Assembly: GCA_032128375.1 (NCBI GenBank) | Contig: JAQBGU010000060.1 | Coordinates: forward strand, 1-39,701 | Direction: 5' to 3' | DNA: 39,701 nucleotides | Origin: Deltaproteobacteria bacterium | GTDB taxonomy: Bacteria; Myxococcota_A; UBA9160; SMWR01 | In this document: positions 28,601-39,701 of the stretch, piece by piece | How the letters are laid out: each line of letters starts with the position of its first letter | Numbering within the stretch: position 1 is the first letter of the stretch | Notes under the pieces: model-generated | Databases searched by the model: none | Seen by the model: the letters and a program-made list of their open reading frames with translations, nothing else | Told to the model about the DNA's origin: nothing | Made by a program: the position numbers and the translations under genes

Positions 28601-28720
28601 GAGTGTCGTCGCGGCTGATGCCGGGGCGGCGGCCGTGGCCAACGCCAGCAGCGCGATCCACGCAACGTCCACGAGTCCAGCGCGACCTCTACCACCCACG
28701 GTCGCCTTCATCATTCCCAT
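25637..28720 (-). CDS. Large secreted mosaic protein: N-terminal beta domain, DUF1554-like, discoidin-like, thrombospondin type-3 repeats, C-terminal DIKPG domain
   Basis: AGGAG RBS and signal peptide (APASA-A). VFITSTSHQGDLGGLSGADAIC...LYCFEQ at about 27555-28057. DEDLDGVEDADDNC..NPNQQNADGDLFGDACD at about 26867-27040. VDIKPG..GNIPVAILS..DVNADGRVDL at about 25640-25975. Confidence 0.88.
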   Translation of the reverse strand: MGMMKATVGGRGRAGLVDVAWIALLALATAAAPASAATTLVGLNFENATVGDSTATASTVGPGISGVVFGGTKDDSEVFLHGDLIYRSSALFPNTTNGGFFPFFSFTTSVPYDLGSLSFAGEQNDVVQGTRDFKVLLSPVNHPAPATGDVADGLAGYSLLTTIAVPYGFALGSPNFAIDLTGTTLAPGTYHIAFAVAVPEQIGVGTTQLFIDDLVLSTEAPKQVFITSTSHQGDLGGLSGADAICNQRANGAELPGRYRAWLSDSFESPNTRFSSCADCPYVRTDGVPIAFGYGDLTDGSLLAPIDVDESGVQLTQLRFVWTSTHPDGELIDTPLLRNCSDWTSSVGEFLVGDAFVGFSTATDENWTRDPLGAGTTVCSSNIKLYCFEQGGDSKGVSTDPFDSTQGTVVTASDTATDAINAFRTSGGFEDGNVLMRNGGIGSVSFIEFQTTAPVTIRGVRLFAHNDSDECCLRRSIGGFKLLADTDPAAGFETVAIDVPIDPDYSAQAGNEALDPSNLELELATAGSVRARNWRIEVTQGTAVGEFEGARLVEVDAIPVADEDLDGVEDADDNCVDVENPNQQNADGDLFGDACDNCAADANDDQADADADLYGDVCDSNDAGANEELIVSQPAPVRPGEPLPVQAKFQNPNEFAIITVRPDCFNTGFEVRRCDSVDGCDGEGERLAPTSRLPAPYKLALTTEDPTGDLIILQPEEAFVVTCDLAELFPPEELASGDAGVEEMYEVKATYANDLRDPDCVDPAADPDECVENQPDEVVETFVGAVTSEMAEVVIAGEPILKEEQVDGTCSISPSLWYPQWIAVPGPTVSARIGRLVGAEVDLATLRMNGTLEPVSVNVSGADVVAMFERSAAIRSLGTLNPGTTVFPRVTGSFVEESAFKLFRAECSVEIEAAIGVEVDIKPGEDVNVIKLGSKGNIPVAILSSETFDASTVNPNSVALANAGLKIKGNGQGIYSLEDVNADGRVDLLVHILTQGLELTASAESAELVGTTRDGVPIFGVDTVQVKQ

Positions 28721-28754
28721 CCAACAATCTCCTGCGAGTCAGCGCTTCGTGGGC

Positions 28755-29617
28755 CGGCGAAGGCTCCGTGTGACGGAGGGATCGCGCCGATGTGCCCCGG
28801 AATCGTCTCGGGGAACCCACATCGGATCAATCCACCGATGGTGTTTTGCTACAGATGGAGCTCGGAGTCAAGCATTCTGGCCGAAATTGCCCGCGGTGAG
28901 GAAGCTCGCTCACCGTCTCGCGCCAGGGTACGACCACGATCGGCCTCAGGGGCGGAGACGATTCCCGAGTTCTGTATGCGAATGCCGTTCGTTCGCTGGA
29001 ATCCGCCCACTCCCTCGATTCTGGAGCTACGCGCCCTCTCGCGGCGAATCGAAGCAATGAGCAAGACCGTGACTCCGGAAAGGAACCGGCTCCATGCGAA
29101 CCGGCAGAGCAAAGAACTCGGCGACTTCGTGAAGCAAGACATCGGCGAGCTGAACGAGCTGCTCGAGTCTCGAATCAGCCGACTCCGAAGACAAGCCCTC
29201 CTCGTGATCGAGCAGAGCACCGAACTCACCAAAGCCTTCCGTACATCACGTCGATCAAAGGGATCGCGGTTGCCGCAGGGATCCAGCTACTCGCCGAGCG
29301 GGGTACATTGTCTGAGGACATGACGACCCGGCAGTGGATCGCGCATGCCGGACTCGATACCTGCCCGAATCAGCAAGACGGGAAACGCGCATTTGCGCCG
29401 TTCACTTTCCCTTCCCGCGATAGTCGCCACGCGCTGGGAGCCGCACATTCAAGGCCTTCTATGAGAAGCTGCTCGCGAAGGGAAAGACGAAGATGCAGGC
29501 GCTCGCTACCGTGATGCGGAAGCTCTTGCGTGCCATCCATGGCATGCTCCGACACGATCAGGACTTCGACGGTGAGAAGTTTTTCGCCGTGAAGGCTTGA
29601 CAGGTAACGGAGTATCT
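28755..29617 (+). mobile_element. IS110-family element remnant (transposase pseudogene plus intact right end)
   Basis: Across several frameshifts: EFCMRMPFVRWNPP..ELRALSRRI..ERNRLHA; TSIKGIA..IQLLAE; RQWIAHAGLD; PARISKTGNAHLRRSL; FYEKLLAKGKTKMQALATVMRKLLRAIHGML..FFAVKA* (TGA 29598-29600). End reads TTGACAggtaacggaGTATCT. Left boundary approximate. Confidence 0.88.
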
Positions 29618-29720
29618 ATCCTCTTGTTGACGGGAGATCGTACTCACTGGCTAGTTTGTTTCCCTCCAGCGGCTCGGATCGACGATACTGAGGGGCGCAA
29701 TCACGAGGGAGCGACGCTCC

Positions 29721-30148
29721 ATGAACGGACGATCGTGTCTACGCTGTGTACGCCGGCTAGCGACTGTCGGACTGCTTGCGCTCGCGATGGGGGCGCTCAG
29801 TAGTTGCGCACACCAGAAGCTGGAACCGCCTGGCAGGATGGACTTGCAGGCAACGGGCCGCGGAGAGTGAAGGCCGCGAGGAGTCTGCTCAACGAATGTG
29901 CAACCGAGGTTCCGTCCTACCTCGCGCAGCGCGGGATCGGAACGTTTGACGGTAAGGGGCCGCCCGGGGCTTGCGTTCCACCCTGCGTCGTGACTCCGAT
30001 GAACACAGTGCGCAACGTCGTCTGCGACGCCGGCTGCGCAGAGGCGCGCCGAGAGCAGAACTCAATCATCTCCGCATGCGTGGAGAGGAAGAAGCGGGAA
30101 GCAGCGGCCGAGCAATCCTACTCGAATCCTGCGGATACACACAATTAG
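29721..30148 (+). pseudogene. Cys-rich lipoprotein gene split by a frameshift
   Basis: GAGGGAG RBS; MNGRSCLRCVRRLATVGLLALAMGALSS-C lipobox, stopping at 29870. The Cys-rich part (LNECATEV...GACVPPC...VCDAGC...SACVERK) continues in another frame to TAG at 30148. Confidence 0.55.
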
Positions 30149-30304
30149 GCGCAGGTATCACAGCTAGAACTCAAGGTAGCTGCTCGCCACGTGCGCAGAC
30201 GTGGTCCGAGTGAGGTGAGGAGAACATCGAGGACCAGCCCCGCGACCCGCCGGCGACGTTCGCCAGCCGTGAAGTGGAGCCTGCTCGGGAGTATTTCCGT
30301 CGTG

Positions 30305-30973
30305 ATGCGAAAAATGATCTCCGTGATCTGGCCGAGCGGTCGCGCCCCGGTTGGACGAGCCGCGGCGTGTGCGCTCGCGCTGCTCTTGGCAGCCGGGTGT
30401 ATCTCGATGCCCGAACATTCCGTCGTCAGTGCCGCTCGAACTCCAATCGTGCCGTCGCAGGAGCTGAGTACGGTGGTCTTCCTTAGGCCGGGAGTCGCGG
30501 GGCATTTCTTCGCCGTGGTCGTGGATGCGAAGAGCCGCTACTACGGACATTTCGGCCCGCGCCAGTATGCGGTCGCTGAAGTTCCACCAGGCCGCCATAC
30601 GTTCTCGAGCTGGAGCTATAGCGTGAACGGCGAAATGTGGGCGCCGAACCTCATTCACGCGAACTTGGAGCCCGGGCGGATCTACTATGTCCTGCTGAGG
30701 GGATGGACGGGCTACCCGCTGCGCGGAGTCGATCTAGAAGCCTTGTCGCCGCAACGCGACGAATGGACCAACCTCGACAACTGGCTTTCCGCCTCGAAAC
30801 AACTCGACGTCGATTCGGAAGCTGGGACTCGCTCGCTCCCGGCCAAGCTCATACGAAGAGCCTCAGCCGGCGCCAAGGAAGCTTACGCGGACTACCGGGC
30901 AGCGAAACAGCAGCTGCATAACATCGGTCCGAGTGACGGACAACTCACTGCGCCGACACTTCCGCCGAACTAG
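30305..30973 (+). CDS. Lipoprotein, DUF2846-like
   Basis: Lipobox LLLAAG-C; STVVFLRP, YAVAEVPPGRHTF, ANLEPGRIYYV. Start 30305 or 30314. Confidence 0.75.
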   Translation: MRKMISVIWPSGRAPVGRAAACALALLLAAGCISMPEHSVVSAARTPIVPSQELSTVVFLRPGVAGHFFAVVVDAKSRYYGHFGPRQYAVAEVPPGRHTFSSWSYSVNGEMWAPNLIHANLEPGRIYYVLLRGWTGYPLRGVDLEALSPQRDEWTNLDNWLSASKQLDVDSEAGTRSLPAKLIRRASAGAKEAYADYRAAKQQLHNIGPSDGQLTAPTLPPN

Positions 30974-31386
30974 CCACCAGCTCGCACATTCCGCGCGGTC
31001 CGTCGCGCGACATCTGATTGCGGTGCTCGCTGAGTAGGCGAATCGGCAGTGGAATCGGAATCTCCGGACGGCGAGCACCATGTGTCCCGGATGCAGGAGA
31101 CGGCATCAATCGCATTTAGGGCATGCCATCAGACGGTCGATCCGGCTTACCTACAGTGCCTGCGCAGTTGCGCGCCGTCGCGCGATCGGCACCCGTGCCC
31201 CTAATACGTTCAGCGCGGCTGCGCTCCTTTCATACGAACTCGCGCGCCTCGAAACTGCGGCGGCCCGGGACGAAGTCAGAACGGTCAATTCGAGCATCAT
31301 ACTACCGGGCGAGCCGGATGGATGACGTGGTTTACCACAGCGAAAAGTGTCAATCTGCAAAGGGGTCGCAATCGAAACGCGCAGGA

Positions 31387-33633
31387 TCAGGTCTGAGGGC
31401 GGGCGGCAAACGGCTTGGGGCCGCGCCGCAGCGTGCGGCCGCGCCGGCCGCCGATCAGGATCAGCGGGACGTTGCTCTGCGCTGCCACCGCCAGCACCAA
31501 TCTGCCGAGCGCGTGCCGCGCGCTCGGGTCGCGTTGCAGCCCCATCAGCAACAAGTCCGTGTCGGCTGCGCGGCGCACGATCGCCGCCAGAGGGTCCTCC
31601 GCCTCCTCCACGACGACCTCGTACTGGCCCTCGGCTTCGTCGCGCGCGATCTCTCGAAGCTCGCGCTCGGTGCGGCGCCACACCTCGGGCGACGCGGAGC
31701 GTGTCACGGTCCGCAAGAACGTGACCTCGCATCGGTCCATGCGGCTCAAGCTCGCGAGCATTCGTGCGCGCAGGCGGCTGTGATCGCGTTGTCCGCCGAT
31801 CGGTACGAGCACGCGCCGCACGGAAGCGACACGCCAGCGGTGCGGCGCCCGCACGACGACGACGTCGGCGTCGATCTGCATGAGCAGACTCTCGAGGCGC
31901 ACATGGGAGTTCGGCTCTTCGAGCTTGGGCGCTCCCATGACCACGGTTCCGCAGCGGTGCTCGCGCGCCACGCGAGCGATCTCGGACGAGGTATCGGAGG
32001 CGATCGTAAAGAGCGTCTCGGCCGCAGTCGCCCGCTCGAATCCGCGCTGGAGCGATTCGCCGAGGATCACCTGCGCATCGCGGAGCGCGGGGTGCTCCGA
32101 GTCCGGCGCTTCGTCGAGCTTGCGCACGACGGAATGGAGCAGGATTCGGCCAACGCCGGGCGTCCGCACCGTCGCGGCGACTCCGGCGAGACCCGCGGCG
32201 CTCGCCGGGTTGCCGATCGGCACGAGTACCAACGGGCTGCGGCCGCGCAGCCGCGCGAGGTCCGGGTCGCGCGCCTCCGCGGTGACATCCGCGAGACTCG
32301 CCCCGGGTGCCAGCCACGTGAAGTAGAACGCGCATCCGACGACGAGCCACGAGAACACGACGACGCCGGCCTGCGGCACGGCGAACGCCTGGAAGATCGC
32401 CAGCGCGACGCATAGCACGGCACCCAGCAGCGGAACGATCGGCAGGCTCGAGTCGCCCGACCGTCGGCGCGCCAGAATCGCCGCCCAGTGCACCGTCGCA
32501 AACGAAATCAAGAAAATCAGGCTGGATGCGGCGCCTGCAGCGGACACGTCGCCCACCACGACTGCCAGCGTCGCGAGCATCGCAGCGGTCACCCCCACCG
32601 CCAGAGCAGGCGTGCCGCTCGCCCCGCGCATGCGCCCGAGCGGCCGCGGCAGCGTGCGGTCGCGCGCCATGCTGAAGGCGATCCGCGAGGCGCCGAGCAG
32701 GTTCGCCTGGAGGGCAGACAACATCGACAGCACACCGGCGACGATCACGAGCCAGTAGCCCGCCGGCCCGAGGAACCGCTCGGCCGCCGAAGCGACCAGC
32801 GTCTCCGGATGAGCCGCGCCAGCCTCCGCGATCGTGCCTTCGGTCGGCGCGCCGACGGTGACCAGCACGAACAGCAGCGGCAGGTAGACAGCGAGCGCGA
32901 TTGCAAGCGAGAGGAAGATCGCGCGCGGCAGATTGCGCGCTGGATCCTTCACCTCCCCGCCCACCGCGGCGATCAGGTCGAAACCCTGAAGCGCGATGAA
33001 CGTGTATCCCATCGCCTGGATCAACCCGACCGGGCCATTGGGCAGAAACGAGTCGAACTCCCGCAGGAGCTCTCCACCAGGCACGCCAAAGCTCGCCCAC
33101 ACACCGCCCGCGATCAGCACCGCAAACACGACGAGCTTGCCGATCGTGGCGGTGTGACCCCCGCCGCTCGCGCTGCGCATCAACGCGCCGCTGTACAGCG
33201 CGGTCGCCCCAACGGCGATGACGACTCGCAGCTGCGGCCTTCCGATCCACCCGCCGTCGCGTCCGAAGATCTCGAGCAGGCGAGCCATGCCCTCGGCCGC
33301 GAATGCGGCGAAGCCCAGCGCATACAGCACACCGGCAACGATCGACGCGAACCAGACCACCCAGCCCACGACGAACGCGGCCTCGATCGACAGCACGCGC
33401 TTGGCATAGGTATACGTGCCGCCGGACTGAGGAAAGCGAACCGCGAGCTCCGCAAAGCTCGCCGCCGTCAGCAGTGCGATGCCGCCATTGAGGGCGAACG
33501 CGAGGATGGCCGCGGGTCCGGCCGTGGCGAAGGCGATGCCGGCGAGTGCGAGGACGCCGCCACCGACGATCGCGCCAACGCCCACCGACGTCGCCGCAAA
33601 GAGCCCGAGGTGGCGGGTCGCGTCTTCACTCAC
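31387..33633 (-). CDS. APC-family amino acid permease fused to two universal stress protein (USP) domains
   Basis: GVGAIVGGGV, ELAVRFPQSGGTY, FIALQGFD..GGEVKDP, SRIAFSMARD; about 12 TM segments; then VLVPIGNP...VVMG and RVLVPIGG...LLLMG USP repeats. Confidence 0.9.
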   Translation of the reverse strand: MSEDATRHLGLFAATSVGVGAIVGGGVLALAGIAFATAGPAAILAFALNGGIALLTAASFAELAVRFPQSGGTYTYAKRVLSIEAAFVVGWVVWFASIVAGVLYALGFAAFAAEGMARLLEIFGRDGGWIGRPQLRVVIAVGATALYSGALMRSASGGGHTATIGKLVVFAVLIAGGVWASFGVPGGELLREFDSFLPNGPVGLIQAMGYTFIALQGFDLIAAVGGEVKDPARNLPRAIFLSLAIALAVYLPLLFVLVTVGAPTEGTIAEAGAAHPETLVASAAERFLGPAGYWLVIVAGVLSMLSALQANLLGASRIAFSMARDRTLPRPLGRMRGASGTPALAVGVTAAMLATLAVVVGDVSAAGAASSLIFLISFATVHWAAILARRRSGDSSLPIVPLLGAVLCVALAIFQAFAVPQAGVVVFSWLVVGCAFYFTWLAPGASLADVTAEARDPDLARLRGRSPLVLVPIGNPASAAGLAGVAATVRTPGVGRILLHSVVRKLDEAPDSEHPALRDAQVILGESLQRGFERATAAETLFTIASDTSSEIARVAREHRCGTVVMGAPKLEEPNSHVRLESLLMQIDADVVVVRAPHRWRVASVRRVLVPIGGQRDHSRLRARMLASLSRMDRCEVTFLRTVTRSASPEVWRRTERELREIARDEAEGQYEVVVEEAEDPLAAIVRRAADTDLLLMGLQRDPSARHALGRLVLAVAAQSNVPLILIGGRRGRTLRRGPKPFAARPQT

Positions 33634-33663
33634 CGGCGCCGGCCCCTCGGATTCGACATGGTG

Positions 33664-33683
33664 CGCGACGATAGCTCGTCGCG
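33664..33683. promoter_or_regulatory. Inverted repeat CGCGACGA-tagc-TCGTCGCG upstream of the APC permease (candidate operator)
   Basis: Perfect 8-bp arms about 30 bp upstream of the GTG start, overlapping a TATCGT -10-like hexamer on the minus strand. Confidence 0.35.
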
Positions 33684-33887
33684 ACGCGGCGCGATGAAGC
33701 AGTGAGGAGCCCGCATTCGCGTGATATCGGATGTCCGATCGCGCAGCAGCTTCAAGATCCTGATTCCCCGCCTACCGAAGCGGTTCAGGTTGGCGATGCA
33801 CTTGCCCGCAGTGAGCTACGCGGTGGATCCGAATCGATTCTCGCGGCCAGCGGCGCATCGGGGGTCCCAATGGGTCCTGGTGTTTTC

Positions 33888-38259
<4,372 letters not shown>

Positions 38260-38263
<4 letters not shown>

Positions 38264-39618
38264 TTCGTTACCACCCGATCCCCGAGCAGACGTTCGAGTG
38301 CGATCACGAGGCGGTGCGCGCCAGCGCTCGCCTCGACCAGCTCGCTCTGGGCGCGCAACAGATCCGTCTGTACCGAGCGAAGCTCGAAGTAGCCGTAGCG
38401 GCCTTGTTCGTAGGCCCGGCGAGTCCCGTCCGACGCTTCCATCAACCGCGGGATCACCTCGGCCCGCAGCGTCTCTGCCCGGTGGCCGAAGTGTTGGAGT
38501 TCTTCGTAGAGCTCGAAGAGCGTGGTCTGCAGCCGTACGCGCGCCGCGTCTGCTTCGGCGCGAGTGCGCGAGACCGAGCCACGCGACGCCGCGACCTGGC
38601 CCTGGTTCCTGTTCGGCAGCGGAATCGGAACGCTCACCCCAGCAACGAGCGCTGTGTCGTCCGTGGCTTCGAGTCGGCGCACGCCGAGAAAGGGCCGCAG
38701 CGACGGCCAGCGACGGGTCTCGGCGAGCCGCAGGTTCGCTTTCGCTAGCCGTTCCTCTGTCGCGTATCTCTCGAACAGAGGGTTCCGTCCGAGTGCTTCC
38801 GTAAGCGCCACATAGGGTTCGACGACCGGAAGGGCCAGCAGATCGCCTGCGACGTGCGAAAACCGCGGCTCTGTCTCCCCCCACTGTGCAGCCAGCCGGT
38901 GGTAGGCCGCGAATAGCTCGTGGGTCACGTCGTCGCGAGACAGAAGATCAATGGCCAGCTCGGCCTCCGCGCGAATGAGCTCGGCAGTCGGCGCCTTGCC
39001 CGCTCGTACGCGTCGCGCGACGGCTTCCACCGTCTGTTCCGCCAGTGAGATGGCCTCCGCGGCTTTCTCCAATCGAGCCTGACTCGCGAGACTTGCGAGG
39101 AAGTGCTCGGCCGTATCGGCGGCAACCTCGATGCGAAGGATTCGGGCGTCCGCGGAGACGAACGCGGCAGCCGCCCGGGCTGCGCCCACTCTGCCTGCTC
39201 GAACCCTCCCCTCGAGCACCCATCCAAGGCTGAGCGTCGTCTGCGCGCTCTTGAAGCCCTCGTAGATGCCGCTCCCGGCCGCGTCCTCGACAACGAGCTC
39301 GAACTCGGGGTTCGGCAGCAGGCCGGCCTGCTCGAGGTGGCCCTGCTGCTCGGCGATCCGGAACTCGAAGGCCGCCAGATCCTTGTTGTGAGCGAGGGCT
39401 CTTTCGAGCGCCTCGGCTAGGTCGATCGACGCAGCGCCCGTCGGCTCGGCACGCGCTCGGGACGAAGGCGTTGCCAGCGCGAGTATGGCTCCGCACGCCA
39501 AGGCGATGACGATCTGCATTTTCGACGAGAGAAAGCGACACGGGGCGCGCATCGCCAGATCACTTACGCCGCCTCGAGTGCAGCACACGGCCGCACCCCG
39601 ACTTTGGGTACGTTGCAT
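38260..39618 (-). CDS. czcC: CzcC/TolC-family outer membrane efflux protein
   Basis: LAEALERALAHN, QAGLLPNPE, RVRAGKAP, VSVPIPLPNRNQG, AYEQGRYG; first gene of the CBA order. Start uncertain (39624, 39618 or 39552). Confidence 0.9.
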
Positions 39619-39701
39619 CTTCAAGTCCTAGATGGATGTCGAGTCAACGCAGTGCGCCGAGCGGTCTCACCTCGGAGAGAGGGTGACCACGCGTCGTCTG
39701 C

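Noticed and set aside
28790..29323. 177-aa ORF as an intact gene, and a possible bridge RNA nearby
   Set aside because: It is one frame of the broken IS110 transposase. There is no room for a left-end non-coding region before the neighbouring gene's RBS.
31151..33250. 699-aa minus-strand ORF and overlapping plus-strand ORFs (31123-32415, 32488-33705)
   Set aside because: Arg/Gly/Ala-rich alternative frames over the APC-USP gene.
38264..38884. 207-aa N-terminal extension of czcB in the ORF track
   Set aside because: Overlaps czcC in another frame. The ATGA-coupled start at 38263 gives a proper signal peptide.

Overview
GC-rich bacterial chromosomal window (roughly 65% GC by eye). The gene mix suggests a Myxococcota/deltaproteobacteria-like organism; this is inference only. 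About 25 intact CDSs: 5'-truncated sulfatase, YfhO/GT-C-like membrane protein, VOC, YkvA, two zinc-ribbon + class III cyclase + STAND ATPase genes, an amidohydrolase/flavin oxidoreductase/cupin run, S9 peptidase, sphingomyelinase-like EEP, SDR, DegT-type PLP enzyme coupled to an Asp/Asn beta-hydroxylase-family dioxygenase, sulfotransferase, a three-gene secreted operon (1027-aa mosaic Ca-binding protein, atypical zincin, orphan), a DUF2846-like lipoprotein, an APC permease-USP fusion and a czcCBA-type efflux operon. Two decaying patches not resolved by the ORF track (about 13.7-14.5 kb and 28.7-30.2 kb) each pair a broken transposase (IS91-like; IS110) with a frameshifted Cys-rich lipoprotein gene. 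I saw no tRNA, rRNA or CRISPR array. Best candidates for an undescribed system are the secreted operon (24220-28720) and a possible envelope-lipid modification cluster (14547-19873); both are hypotheses. All family calls come from motif recognition, not database searches.
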